Notes: generated by a model from the sequence alone, not told the origin. 34,571 nucleotides of DNA from Fibrobacteria bacterium (GCA_041746255.1 JBGTHM010000106.1:1-34571); one strand, 5' to 3'; counted from the first letter of the stretch, positions 10,505-20,750 are shown. Numbers and translations: made by a program.

Positions 10505-10547
10505 TTTGTTTCATAATTAGCGGATCGTTTTTGAAAGGAGAAAGAAA

Positions 10548-10976
10548 ATGTCAGGATGTGATTTCGGTAAAATCGGTTCTAAGGAAACAGGCTGGGCGGG
10601 CTTAATTGTCGGCGGCGGGCTTTTTTTGTTGGGAGGCGCGGCTATTGCCTATTGGACCGGCCGTTCCAATCAAGGCCGACGACTCTATCCCCAGATGAAG
10701 GGTTGGTATGAGGCACGCATGAAAAGCCTGCTGGTGGAGTGGAATCGTGAATTGAGCGGCCTTCGCAAAAGGGCGGCCACGGCGACCTTGACCGCCCGTA
10801 CCCATCTTTACCGCCAAATTGAACTGCTGGAAGGCAAGCTCAACCAATTGGAGAGCCTGCTTCGTGAATTGAGGCATACATCGGAAAGCGGCTGGCCCCA
10901 ACTCAGGCGCGTAGTTGAGAAGTCATTCGAGGATATCCGCACGACTTTCAAGGAGTTACATACGAAATTCCATTAA
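10548..10976 (+). CDS. Membrane-anchored coiled-coil protein, sll1863-like stress protein
   Basis: AAGGAG SD. N-terminal hydrophobic helix, then a coiled coil ending SESGWPQLRRVVEKSFEDIR, resembling the W..L+.G.E.A...L motif of sll1863-type proteins. Confidence 0.6.
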   Translation: MSGCDFGKIGSKETGWAGLIVGGGLFLLGGAAIAYWTGRSNQGRRLYPQMKGWYEARMKSLLVEWNRELSGLRKRAATATLTARTHLYRQIELLEGKLNQLESLLRELRHTSESGWPQLRRVVEKSFEDIRTTFKELHTKFH

Positions 10977-11031
10977 GCCCGGCTTGCGTGGCACCCGGTA
11001 ATAAGCTTTATTCCAACAAAGGGAGGTAAAG

Positions 11032-11223
11032 ATGCTTACTTGGGCGCTAATGTTTTTGGTAATAGCCATTATTGCAGGTGCATTAGGATTCACAGGCATT
11101 GCGGGCGCAGCGGCGACTATCGCACAAATCTTATTTTTCATCTTTTTGGCTCTTTTTGTCATAATGCTGGTCGCGGGAGCGATGGCGACCCAAAAAATAA
11201 AATCCTGGTTTTCCGGCACTTAA
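11032..11223 (+). CDS. DUF1328 / UPF0391 (YtjA-like) small membrane protein
   Basis: [46 protein letters not shown] is the family consensus. Confidence 0.92.
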   Translation: MLTWALMFLVIAIIAGALGFTGIAGAAATIAQILFFIFLALFVIMLVAGAMATQKIKSWFSGT

Positions 11224-11241
11224 GCGGATAGCGGCGGTGTT

Positions 11242-11265
11242 TCCCGACACCGACGGGATTTTTTT
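11242..11265 (+). terminator. Possible Rho-independent terminator after the DUF1328 gene
   Basis: TCCCG-7nt-CGGGA followed by T7. The stem is short. Confidence 0.45.
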
Positions 11266-11397
11266 GCATCATTCAGATTGGGGCGACTCAATGGGGATGG
11301 GCCCCATAAGCTGTTTTTACAAACCCACACCTGGATTATACTTTTCCTCCTTTTCGAGTTGAAGTAGGGTCGCTATAGCGTCGAGTTAGGGATATTT

Positions 11398-14300
11398 ATG
11401 ACCGATAAGAAACAAAAACTGGGACTTGAAGATGGGCGGAGCGTTGCTCCCTCGCGTGAAGAATTAGGTTTGGTCATAAATCTAAAATTGCTGGCCAATG
11501 GATTACCGATAGCGGGCATGGTCCAACAGCCCGAACTGCTCGATCGTGTCGGCGATCTAATCCGCAAGCTGCAGGAAAAATTCCGGGAACATACGGAAAA
11601 CCATTGTGGGCTGGACGAGCGTATCCAAGCCTTCATCGAAAAAAATTTTTCCGACACCCCCCTGGCGGGAAAGCTGAAAATCCCTCTCCGGACTTTCCAT
11701 CTCGATTTCCATGGATTGGCGCGCGAGCTCTCGCTGCCTCAGGACAGGGATGAATACATAAGCGAATACATCCGCTCCTATCGGGTCACGCAGGGAGTAC
11801 TTCACAATCCGGCCAGCGATAGACGTACCACCAAGGGTACCTTCCATGTTTCGGAAGGCGGATTTCCCATCGCCGGAGATAAGCTGACGGTGCCCAAAAC
11901 GACATTCGCCCACCTGCTATGGGAAGCGCTGCATCCTCCGGCCTCGTTGTTGGAATTGCCCTATACCTCAGGAGGGAGCCACAGCGACGGCATTTTCACC
12001 GCATTATACGTGCGCCCCGTGGTCAGTCCTGAAGTACCGGGCCTATTCGCCGCCAAGGACATGGAGATCCGTTTTTTGGCTCCGGGTTCGCTTGTCAGTA
12101 ATCTGGATTTCGTGGAATCCATTTTCGGCAACGCCGGCGACGCCTACTTGCCCGAAAACGATGCCGCCCTCGATTTCGAACATTTTTCCGGGGTAACCGG
12201 TTGCGTCATTCTGGCGCCGCACCTTACCAAACTCAGGAAAAAAGCTTTGGGGCTTCCACGGGCTAGCGACGCCACGCCGAAGCAAAAAGCCGACGGCATG
12301 TGTTGGGAAAAAGAAGACGAACTTTACAACAACGGTCAAGCCTTCAAAGCCACCTTCCGCACCGCCGACGGAGTGATGCTGACGCTCATCGCCGACAACT
12401 ATTTCGGGTATTGCAAAAAGGAAGTAAAAACGCAAATCAGCTTCGCCGCCAATTTGCTGGGCCTGAGCGAAGAGGAGCATGCCGGGGGCGCTTTGGTCTT
12501 TCCAAGTTATAGCCTGGGCGACGCTTTTACCAAGAATGCTTATATCTCCCAAGAAGGCCATAATTTCTCCGAAATACAAAGGCTGTATCAGAACGCTATC
12601 GATTTTCGGCCGGAAGGTTTCGGGGTGGATCGAAATTTTCCATCGATAATTTATTTGCCCGAAGACGCCGAAATCCATTTGCTTCAGCAAACCATTTTTT
12701 GGAAAAAGAGTGGAAAAGAGCAAACCCTCAGGCTGCTTCCGGAATACACGTATTTCTTTCCGACGGGTTATAAGGTGCGCATGGAAAAGCATCCTGGCGC
12801 CCCGACCTGGCGCCTAATCGGGACAGTACCCGAAGGCACCCTGTTTCACAAGCCTGCCACGGTTTCAGGAGGTGGAAAAAGCGAAATCTCAAAATCCATC
12901 GGCGACAGCATTCTTTACAAGAGTTTTTACATCCGCGATTTCGAACAGGATTTCGAGGAAGCTGAAAAAATTATTCACATGGATTTCAGCCACCGTTTCC
13001 GGGATTCCGAGGCGAAAGGCGATTCCCGGCCCTTGCTCAGCTCGGAGCGCTCTTTGGGTTCGGTGGTCAAGTTGCTCACTCCGGGCCCCGAATATTCGGA
13101 CAAATACAACCAATGGCTAGGGGCCATTCCCAATCCCGTGCGTTTTCTGGTCTTCATCATCAAGCGTTTTTATAAACCCGAGTGGGAAAAAGATATTCGC
13201 AGCCGTTTTTCCGTGGATATCATGGACGGCCGACAAGGTAATGAACTGCACTACAACCATCGGAAACTGGTTTCCAGCTATTTACGCGTAGGCACCGATC
13301 CCGCCAATTTATGGCAAGTATTCCGATTGCGTGTCGACTACGTGCCTTCGGACAAGTTGCAGGTTGAAGACGATATTTCGGTTTCCATCACCGTTCCCAC
13401 CGACAAAATCCCCTTTCTAAATCCCGGTTTTACCAACCCCAGCCTCAAATTCGTGCAAAATTGTGAATTCCGCTTGTTTCAACGGCCCGACGACGTGGTT
13501 CATAAAGGATATGACGTCCAATCCGAGCGTGAGCTGAGCGATCCGAATGTCTTTACTTCCAACTTCGAACCGCTTACAGCCGCGGATGCGTTGGCCATTT
13601 ACCAGGACACCATCGAGTTCGATAAATTCACGGAGCCGATGAAGAAGCGGATTCGCGAAGCCGTAGATATGCCGGAAGGGCGCTACTTCGTCTGCTCCGC
13701 CAATCCCCGTTTGGTGAATGGAAAGCCCAGCCCCAATATCCGTTATTTGCAGAATCGACAGGATCTCGCCAATCCCCGTTCCGCCTATATCGCCGAAATG
13801 GGGATGAGATTGCGACGTCGAGTGCCGTTAGATCGGCCTGTACCGATTCCCGTGAGTAGCGTCATCATCGGCCGCCGCAATAATCCCATCGATCGCAAGC
13901 TGGGCATAAAGCCCTTGGCGGTGTATAATCCGATGCATTATCAGGAACTTCCCGAACTCTTCATGGAATTGATTTCCAGTCTAACCGGTAAATCGCCTTC
14001 CACCACGGGTGCGGGGTCCGAAGCGGCCTTGACCAAGGGTCCTTTCAATGCCTTGCGTTTCGCAGCGGATCTGAACAATGCCTTGGTTTCGTACATCCTG
14101 ACGGGACATGAGGTGTTCAGCATACCGGCGGGTCATATCGGAAGCCAATATCGCATCGAACATGACTTGAGCATGTTGATACCCGAGGTCTGGGCGCGCA
14201 TGGGGGTGGAAGAAAGAAATGCCGCATTCCTAATTCGCGGCGGTTATCTCCGCAAAGTCGTAGACTTCGAATACCAGGGCCGCATAGTCGAAGCCGGACG

Positions 14301-14862
14301 CTTGGGCTATCGTATCACCGAAGGATTTCTCCACCATTTCTTCGGAAGGCTTTTCGCCAGCCCCTTGTCCGTCTTTCCCGCCGATATGTTGGAGCCGGAA
14401 AAGCAAGATCTGGAAGAGTTCGTGGATGGCATCGACAATATCGTCACCGCCCAACGCGAATCGGCTAAAAAGTATTTCGCGGATGGTTCGATTGAAGACC
14501 TCTGTCCTCCGCTCCAGGCTTTGTTGCACATCATGGTCGAAGGGGAATGGAAAGGACTGAAGGAGCATTCTCCGGAATTCCGAAACCTGTTCACTTTAGA
14601 ATACTTGTTGGCATCGGATTGGTATCGGGAGCGCCTTCAAATCAAGCAAAAGCGGGATGTGGCTCTTTTACGCCGCAATTGCGGGTATTTGCGCAGTTTC
14701 CTGGCCAAGGAATGGAATCAAATCTCCTCCGAAAGGTTACGGGTCGCCGAGCGATTGCAAAAAGCCGAGGCGATGTTGGCTCAAGCGGAGGCGCCTGATT
14801 ATTGGCTAAGCCTGAAAGGCACCATTGGAGCGGATCCTATCGGTGACCCTTCGCGGGCTTGA
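11398..14862 (+). CDS. Pyrophosphate-dependent phosphoenolpyruvate carboxykinase (PPi-PEPCK, EC 4.1.1.38)
   Basis: 1154 aa with motifs GVLHNPASDRRTTKGTFH, NLDFVESIFGNAGD, ADNYFGYCKKEVKTQIS, EEEHAGGA, HKPATVSGGGKSEISKS and GKSPSTTGAGSE..LTKGPFN, characteristic of the Propionibacterium/Entamoeba-type enzyme. Confidence 0.88.
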   Translation: MTDKKQKLGLEDGRSVAPSREELGLVINLKLLANGLPIAGMVQQPELLDRVGDLIRKLQEKFREHTENHCGLDERIQAFIEKNFSDTPLAGKLKIPLRTFHLDFHGLARELSLPQDRDEYISEYIRSYRVTQGVLHNPASDRRTTKGTFHVSEGGFPIAGDKLTVPKTTFAHLLWEALHPPASLLELPYTSGGSHSDGIFTALYVRPVVSPEVPGLFAAKDMEIRFLAPGSLVSNLDFVESIFGNAGDAYLPENDAALDFEHFSGVTGCVILAPHLTKLRKKALGLPRASDATPKQKADGMCWEKEDELYNNGQAFKATFRTADGVMLTLIADNYFGYCKKEVKTQISFAANLLGLSEEEHAGGALVFPSYSLGDAFTKNAYISQEGHNFSEIQRLYQNAIDFRPEGFGVDRNFPSIIYLPEDAEIHLLQQTIFWKKSGKEQTLRLLPEYTYFFPTGYKVRMEKHPGAPTWRLIGTVPEGTLFHKPATVSGGGKSEISKSIGDSILYKSFYIRDFEQDFEEAEKIIHMDFSHRFRDSEAKGDSRPLLSSERSLGSVVKLLTPGPEYSDKYNQWLGAIPNPVRFLVFIIKRFYKPEWEKDIRSRFSVDIMDGRQGNELHYNHRKLVSSYLRVGTDPANLWQVFRLRVDYVPSDKLQVEDDISVSITVPTDKIPFLNPGFTNPSLKFVQNCEFRLFQRPDDVVHKGYDVQSERELSDPNVFTSNFEPLTAADALAIYQDTIEFDKFTEPMKKRIREAVDMPEGRYFVCSANPRLVNGKPSPNIRYLQNRQDLANPRSAYIAEMGMRLRRRVPLDRPVPIPVSSVIIGRRNNPIDRKLGIKPLAVYNPMHYQELPELFMELISSLTGKSPSTTGAGSEAALTKGPFNALRFAADLNNALVSYILTGHEVFSIPAGHIGSQYRIEHDLSMLIPEVWARMGVEERNAAFLIRGGYLRKVVDFEYQGRIVEAGRLGYRITEGFLHHFFGRLFASPLSVFPADMLEPEKQDLEEFVDGIDNIVTAQRESAKKYFADGSIEDLCPPLQALLHIMVEGEWKGLKEHSPEFRNLFTLEYLLASDWYRERLQIKQKRDVALLRRNCGYLRSFLAKEWNQISSERLRVAERLQKAEAMLAQAEAPDYWLSLKGTIGADPIGDPSRA

Positions 14863-14874
14863 AAGCGAGCGGCT

Positions 14875-15900
14875 TTACTCCTCTTGCAATAGGACGGGTT
14901 GTCCGAATTCCGGCGCGTAGAAAACCTCTCTATCCACTCCCAGAGAATCCAGGGCTTTTTCCAGATCCCATTGCGGTTGATGGTAGCCTTCATCGGTCAA
15001 TTGGAAGGTGCCGAAGTGCATCCCCAAGCTCAGTCGGCTTTCCAAATCGATATGGGCCATGACCGCGTCGGCGGGATTCATATGTACCGGCCCCATGAAC
15101 CAGCGCGGCTCATAGGCGCCGATAGGAAGCAGTGACAGTCGCATGGGCCCGAATTTCTCGCGGATTTCCGAAAAATGATGTGAGTATCCCGTATCGCCTC
15201 CGAAATAAATCGGACCGAGCGAACTTTGTACGACAAAGCCTCCCCAAAAAGTTTTGTTGCGGTCGAATAAGCCCCGTCCAGAAAAATGCCGGGCCGGAAC
15301 GAAGGTCAAGTCGATGCCATTACCCAGCCGAACGGATTGCCACCAATCCATGGCCACGACTTCGGCGAAACCCATCCCCGCAAGCAGCTTTTCCATACCC
15401 AGGGGGCAGAATACCCGAGGGCGATCTTTTTTCGCCAGCTTGCGCAGGGTAGTCAAATCGGTATGGTCGTAATGATTGTGGCTGATAAGAATCAAGTCTA
15501 TAGGTGGAAGCTGTTCCAGGGTCAGGCCCGGAGGCCGGACCCGCTTCGGACCCGCGAAGGTGACGGGACTGACCCGCTTTGACCAAACCGGATCGGTCAG
15601 TATATTCAGGCTGTCGGTTTGGATCAGAAATGTGGCGTGATTAATGAGGGTGATGACGGCTTTTTCATTCATTACCCGGACTTCGGGAGTTTTTCCCAGG
15701 GGCGTTTCAATCCATTTTGGCCATTTCTCAGCATCGCGGTTGGTGAACCACTTTAAGAAATCGCCGAAACCTTGCTCCACCGGCTCTACATTTTGGAAAT
15801 GCTTTCCGTCGAAATGTTCCGAAACGGTTGACTTTTGGGAGGACCCTCCGCAGCCACTCGTATTCATTAAAATACCCAGCATGATTGCTGTCTTTTGCAC
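14875..15900 (-). CDS. MBL-fold metallohydrolase, NAPE-PLD/RomA-like, probable lipoprotein
   Basis: Motifs LTDPVWS, ISHNHYDH, PARHFSGR, GDTGY, PIGAYEPRWFM..VHMNP and HFGTFQL. Lipobox-like TSGC. GTG start with an AGGAG SD. Confidence 0.88.
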   Translation of the reverse strand: MQKTAIMLGILMNTSGCGGSSQKSTVSEHFDGKHFQNVEPVEQGFGDFLKWFTNRDAEKWPKWIETPLGKTPEVRVMNEKAVITLINHATFLIQTDSLNILTDPVWSKRVSPVTFAGPKRVRPPGLTLEQLPPIDLILISHNHYDHTDLTTLRKLAKKDRPRVFCPLGMEKLLAGMGFAEVVAMDWWQSVRLGNGIDLTFVPARHFSGRGLFDRNKTFWGGFVVQSSLGPIYFGGDTGYSHHFSEIREKFGPMRLSLLPIGAYEPRWFMGPVHMNPADAVMAHIDLESRLSLGMHFGTFQLTDEGYHQPQWDLEKALDSLGVDREVFYAPEFGQPVLLQEE

Positions 15901-16042
15901 GGGTTGCGGCTCCTGTTCGATGTTTCTAACGGGGCTAAGGTTGCAAGACGGAATAACTGTGGGAAGGGGTCGGCCCGACCTACCCTTTACAAAATTATAA
16001 ACGTAAGTAAATGTAAGGTTCAGTTATCCGGAGATTGTACAG

Positions 16043-17053
16043 ATGAAAATCTTTGTCACCGGCGGTTCCGGCTTTATCGGAAGACGCTTGCTTCAACTTC
16101 TCTCCGAACGGGGTGATGAAGTGTTCGCGCTGGCTCGTAGCCCCGAGTCGGCCAGCGTCATAAGCGATCACGGAGCGCATCCCGTTTCCGGCGACCTTGG
16201 GAATGTGGCTGCCATGGCCGAAGGGATGCGCGATTGTCGTGTGGTTTTCCACCTTGCCGCTAACGTGCGCGGTTTCGCTCCGCTGGCAGACATGCTCCGT
16301 GACAATGTGGAGGGAACTGAAAATGTATTGGAGGCCATGCGCCGCGCCGATGTGCCTCGCTTGGTGTACGTCAGCACCGAGGCGGTTCTGGCCGGTCCCC
16401 ACCCAATCCTCAATGCCGATGAAAACCGGCCCTTTCCCCGCAAGCCTGTTGGGCATTACTCACTCACCAAGGGAATGGCGGAAAAGAAGGTTCTTGCCGC
16501 CAGCTCCAGCGCATTGTCCACCGTGGTATTGCGGCCACGTCTGGTTTGGGGACCGGGAGAAAAGGGAATCCTCCCCAGATTAGTGGATGCCGTGCACCGC
16601 AGGCGATTTCGATGGATAGATAATGGCCGTTATCTCACTTCTACTTGCCATGTCGACAATGTTTGCGAGGGTATGCTTTTAGCCGCTGAGAAAGGCCCTT
16701 CCGGCGCCGTTTATTTTCTCACCGACGGAGCGCCGGTCAGTTTTCGCAATTTCATCACCACTCTGCTGCGTACTCAGCGGGTTGAGCCCGGGGGCAAAAG
16801 TATTTCCCCACTATTAGCGAAAATCATCGCACGCGCCGGCGAAACCGTATGGAAAATTTTTCGATTCAAGGGCGAACCCCCGCTTTCGGTCAGCGCGGTG
16901 CGCCTACTCGGAGAAGAAGTGACGGTGAACGATCAGAAAGCACGGCGTGAACTGGGGTATCAGGGAAAATTATCGCGGGAAGCCGGCCTACGCGAATTGA
17001 TGGCGGCGGGTCAGGTGGAAAGAAAATCTATCGACCCTGTTCCCGCTCGGTAA
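16043..17053 (+). CDS. NAD-dependent epimerase/dehydratase (extended SDR, 3-beta-HSD-like)
   Basis: Rossmann motif TGGSGFIG, FHLAA, catalytic YSLTK and LRPRLVWGPG. Confidence 0.88.
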   Translation: MKIFVTGGSGFIGRRLLQLLSERGDEVFALARSPESASVISDHGAHPVSGDLGNVAAMAEGMRDCRVVFHLAANVRGFAPLADMLRDNVEGTENVLEAMRRADVPRLVYVSTEAVLAGPHPILNADENRPFPRKPVGHYSLTKGMAEKKVLAASSSALSTVVLRPRLVWGPGEKGILPRLVDAVHRRRFRWIDNGRYLTSTCHVDNVCEGMLLAAEKGPSGAVYFLTDGAPVSFRNFITTLLRTQRVEPGGKSISPLLAKIIARAGETVWKIFRFKGEPPLSVSAVRLLGEEVTVNDQKARRELGYQGKLSREAGLRELMAAGQVERKSIDPVPAR

Positions 17054-17064
17054 GTACCAAAAAA

Positions 17065-18015
17065 TCACGCAGGTTTAGGCTCGTCCTCGCTTCCGGTCGC
17101 TCCTCCACGCCCGATGGTACTGGAGTATAGGAACAATGCGAGCCAGATACAGGTGAAGGCCGCCAGGTGCCGGCCTGAAAACGGTTCCTGGAATAAAAAT
17201 ACGGCCAATAGCAATTGGCAACTAGGACCCACGTACTGCAAAAACCCCAGAGTGGTGAGTTTGAGGCGGCGGGCGCCGACTGCGAACAAATACAATGGCG
17301 CTACGGTAATGATGCCACTACCGGCCAGTAGCGCGAATGTCACCGCGGACACGGAGGACCCTACCGGAGAAGGCTGGCTGTTTTGCATCCACAGGTGTAA
17401 TCCCGCGGCAATCGGTGTCCAGGCCAGGGTTTCCACGAAAAGGCCGCTCAGCGAATCCATGCGGATACTTTTCTTGATAAGGCCGTAAAGTCCGAAGGTG
17501 AATGCCAGCGAAAGGGCTATCCAGGGGAGGTGACCCATCTGCATGGCCAAGAACAGGCTTCCCGCGGAGGCCATCGCTACGGCCACCCACTGCATAGGTA
17601 ACAAGCGTTCGCGCAGAACCAGTACCCCCAGCACCATGCTTACCAGCGGCGTTATATAATAACCCAGACTGGCTTCCACAATTTGATCACTGTTGACTGC
17701 GTAGATGTAAATGGTCCAGTTCGAGCCGATCAGCAAGGCGGAAAACAGTAATGGCCGCAGGGATTTTCCCTGAGAGAGGATACGTCGAGCGAATCCCCAG
17801 CCTTCCTTGATAAGCAATATCGTGGCCACGGTAATCATGGACCAGAATATACGGTGGCTTAAAATGGTCAGTAGAGGAACAGTGTCGAGCCACTTCCAAT
17901 ACAAAGGGAGAATTCCCCACAGCAGGAAGGCGCCTAATGCCGCCAGAATGCCCAATCGTTTTTCACCCCGTGGGGAATCGCCAAAGAATTTCAGAACGCC
18001 ACGCCCTGGAATCAA
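17065..18015 (-). CDS. rarD: RarD-type EamA/DMT transporter
   Basis: Motifs LWGILPLYWK, HRIFWS, NWTIYIYAVN, EASLGYYITPL and LGFLQYVGP. Probable TTG start at 18015 overlaps the upstream TGA (TTGA). Confidence 0.85.
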   Translation of the reverse strand: MIPGRGVLKFFGDSPRGEKRLGILAALGAFLLWGILPLYWKWLDTVPLLTILSHRIFWSMITVATILLIKEGWGFARRILSQGKSLRPLLFSALLIGSNWTIYIYAVNSDQIVEASLGYYITPLVSMVLGVLVLRERLLPMQWVAVAMASAGSLFLAMQMGHLPWIALSLAFTFGLYGLIKKSIRMDSLSGLFVETLAWTPIAAGLHLWMQNSQPSPVGSSVSAVTFALLAGSGIITVAPLYLFAVGARRLKLTTLGFLQYVGPSCQLLLAVFLFQEPFSGRHLAAFTCIWLALFLYSSTIGRGGATGSEDEPKPA

Positions 18016-18368
18016 TCTTGGGTGATGAAGGCGAAAGTGGTCAAGGCCAGGCCCGCCCAAAATAGGGTTTTGAACACCCGGCTTTCGAAGAACAGGTGTT
18101 CAATAGCCCTCCCTTGCGCCGGATCAAAGCGGTCCCAATGGATTACCAATCGGCCATCGGAAAATTCCCACACATGAAAGCGGCTTTTGGATTGGGCAGG
18201 ACGCACCCAGTCCCGTACTTTACCACGCCTCGCTTCCGCCATTCTCGAAACTTTAAAACCCTGTTGATTGGGGTGTCCCAAAGAGTCAGGCCACGGAAGC
18301 TTTTCTCCCTGTGTTAATGGTGCGGCGTTAGCCTCCGCCCATTCCTGGAATTTCGTGCTTGCTTGCAA
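18012..18368 (-). CDS. Hypothetical C-terminally membrane-anchored protein with His/Asp motif
   Basis: 118-aa ORF whose stop overlaps the rarD start. Contains FHVWEFSDGRLVIHWDRFDP...IEHL followed by a hydrophobic C-terminal helix. Confidence 0.6.
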   Translation of the reverse strand: MQASTKFQEWAEANAAPLTQGEKLPWPDSLGHPNQQGFKVSRMAEARRGKVRDWVRPAQSKSRFHVWEFSDGRLVIHWDRFDPAQGRAIEHLFFESRVFKTLFWAGLALTTFAFITQD

Positions 18369-18468
18369 TTCCGGACTCCGATTAATTGCCCCAATCTACA
18401 AGGTAACCAATCCAAAGGCATTTTTTTGAGGCGCCAGGTGGCTCGTGCGGCAGGGTGCCGCCTTTCCG

Positions 18469-19248
18469 CTACCGCAGACCTTCTTGGGGGCTGGAGGCGG
18501 AGCCATAGAGACGCCGCGGGATTCGGCCCGCGAGAAAGGCTTCACGTCCCGCTTTACAGGCGAGCTTGAAGGCGGTCGCCATCTTAAGGGGGTCCTCCGC
18601 CTGTGCGATGCCGGTATTACAAAGGAGCCCGTCCACACCCAGTTCCATGGCGCGCGCCAAATCGGATGCCGTTCCCATGCCGGCGTCTACAATCACCGGA
18701 CACGCAAGGGCTTCCAGGATAATGCGGATGTTGTTCTCGTTCAAAATCCCCTGTCCGCTTCCGATGGGTGAACCGGCGGGCATGACAGCCGCCACACCCA
18801 AATCCTCCAGCTTTTTGGCCATCACCGGGTCGTCCGAAGTGTAAACCAGAACTTTGAATTCCTCCTGGACCAGGATTTTGGTGGCCTCATAGGTGGCGAG
18901 GGGATCGGGAAGCAGCGTTTTTGCGTCGAAAAGCACTTCCAGCTTCAGAAATTCGAAGCCCTGGGCGCGGGATAAGCGGGCGATACGCAAAGCATCCTCC
19001 ACATTATAGGCGCCCGCGGTATTGGGCAATATGGTGTATTTCCCGCTATCAATGAAGTCGAATATGTTCTCGCCTTTTGGGGCGCTCAGGTCAACACGGC
19101 CCAGGGCTACCGTCACCATTTCCGTGCCGGAAAGGGTATGGCAGTCGCGCATAACGCTAAAATCCGGGTATTTTCCGGTTCCCACGATGAGCCGGGAAGA
19201 GAAGGTCTTACCTCCGATGACCAGAGGTTTATCCGTTTTGACGGGCAT
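18469..19248 (-). CDS. thiG: Thiazole synthase
   Basis: Motifs [38 protein letters not shown] and VDAGMG. ATG at 19248 after AAAGGA. Confidence 0.95.
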   Translation of the reverse strand: MPVKTDKPLVIGGKTFSSRLIVGTGKYPDFSVMRDCHTLSGTEMVTVALGRVDLSAPKGENIFDFIDSGKYTILPNTAGAYNVEDALRIARLSRAQGFEFLKLEVLFDAKTLLPDPLATYEATKILVQEEFKVLVYTSDDPVMAKKLEDLGVAAVMPAGSPIGSGQGILNENNIRIILEALACPVIVDAGMGTASDLARAMELGVDGLLCNTGIAQAEDPLKMATAFKLACKAGREAFLAGRIPRRLYGSASSPQEGLR

Positions 19249-19425
19249 GGCATTTCCTTTGTGATTGCAGCATAAAGTAAAATTTTTAGCCAAGGTGGTT
19301 TTAGTACCTTGTTAAGCGTTCTGGAGCTTTTTGGGAAGAAGTCCAAGGCTTTATTGATCAAACGGATAAACCAACCTATTTTTGCCGGCTTATCATGTAA
19401 ATTGTTCTTGTCACTGGAGATACCT

Positions 19426-19677
19426 ATGCGATCGGGATTGCACCCAACCTATACCGTCAAGTCGTTTACCTGCTCTTGCGGAAACGTCATTGAGATTCCT
19501 TCCACCGTCGAAGGCCAGGGCGTGGAAATCTGTTCCAACTGCCATCCGTATTATACCGGCAAGCAGAAGCTGCTGGATTCGGCGGGACGAATCGAGAAAT
19601 TCACCAACCGATATTCGACTATCGTGGGAGGAAAGCGCAAAACCCGCGCTACCACGAAGACTGCAAAAAAAGGCTGA
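19426..19677 (+). CDS. rpmE: 50S ribosomal protein L31, zinc-binding (C+) type
   Basis: [16 protein letters not shown]...CSCGN...[24 protein letters not shown]. Confidence 0.95.
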   Translation: MRSGLHPTYTVKSFTCSCGNVIEIPSTVEGQGVEICSNCHPYYTGKQKLLDSAGRIEKFTNRYSTIVGGKRKTRATTKTAKKG

Positions 19678-19682
19678 ACTCG

Positions 19683-20750
19683 ATGCTGCAGGCGCTCTAT
19701 CGCCTTCTCTTCCGCTTTAACCACTGGCTTTGCCTGGTGAACAACCACGCTCCCGAGTCTGTCGGAGGCCAAGCGGTAATGGAAGGGGTGATGATGCGTA
19801 GTCCCAGGCGACTGGCCGTGGCTGTGCGGGATAAAGACGGAGCCATCGTACTTGACGATAGGGAATTCATCCCTTATTCCAAGCGCCGGCGTATTTGGGG
19901 CTTCCCCGTTTTGCGGGGTGCGGCCTCGCTTATCGAAGCCTTGATCATCGGTATTCGTGCGCTCAATTTTTCCATTGAGGTGATGGAAGGGAAAAGAAGT
20001 TCAGCAAGTACTCCATCCGATGCAACTGAATCCGATTCCAACCAGGCCTCGCAAAATGGCGAAAGCTCCTTCAGCCGAAAGTCCACATTAAGCGAAAAGC
20101 TTGTAATGGGGCTCAGCATGGCCCTGTCTTTCCTTGCGGCCATGGCCCTATTCCAGCTGCTTCCTTATTTCGTTGCTGGGACCCTGGTCGGCGGTACCAA
20201 GGAAACCACCCCGAATCCTTTCCTATTCAATTTTACAGCCGGGTGTGTTCGCATCAGTCTGCTATTGGCTTACATGTGGGGAATCTCACATCTGCCCGAC
20301 ATCCGCCGGGTTTTCCAATACCACGGCGCGGAGCATAAATCCATTTTCGCCCACGAGGCCGAGAAGGAATTGACCGTGGAATCCGCCGGCGCGCAAACGC
20401 GCTTTCACCCCCGGTGCGGCACCTCTTTTCTCCTCATAGTCGCATTGGTGTGTATTCTTTTCTTTTCCTGCTTGGATGCGCTTATCCTGTATTTCTTCCC
20501 GGGCGCATACCCTACCTTTTTCCATCGATTTCTGGCGCACCTTCCCTTTGTCCCCGTGGTGGCCGGACTCGCCTTTGAAGTGTTGAAATGGACGGCTCGC
20601 CATCAAGATTCGTCTTGGGTTCGTCCCTTGATTCTTCCGGGATTGTGGTTGCAAAGAATTACCACGCAGGAACCGGACGACAGTCAATTGGAAGTGGCTA
20701 TCGCATCCATCCACGGCGCCTTGCGTACTTCCTCTCCTCTCCGTACCTAG
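19683..20750 (+). CDS. DUF1385 (YqhQ-like) membrane protein
   Basis: Motifs VGGQAVMEGVMMR, RVFQYHGAEHKSI, HPRCGTSF and GLWLQRITTQEPDD.QLEVA, in the usual rpmE-DUF1385-prfA context. Confidence 0.9.
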   Translation: MLQALYRLLFRFNHWLCLVNNHAPESVGGQAVMEGVMMRSPRRLAVAVRDKDGAIVLDDREFIPYSKRRRIWGFPVLRGAASLIEALIIGIRALNFSIEVMEGKRSSASTPSDATESDSNQASQNGESSFSRKSTLSEKLVMGLSMALSFLAAMALFQLLPYFVAGTLVGGTKETTPNPFLFNFTAGCVRISLLLAYMWGISHLPDIRRVFQYHGAEHKSIFAHEAEKELTVESAGAQTRFHPRCGTSFLLIVALVCILFFSCLDALILYFFPGAYPTFFHRFLAHLPFVPVVAGLAFEVLKWTARHQDSSWVRPLILPGLWLQRITTQEPDDSQLEVAIASIHGALRTSSPLRT

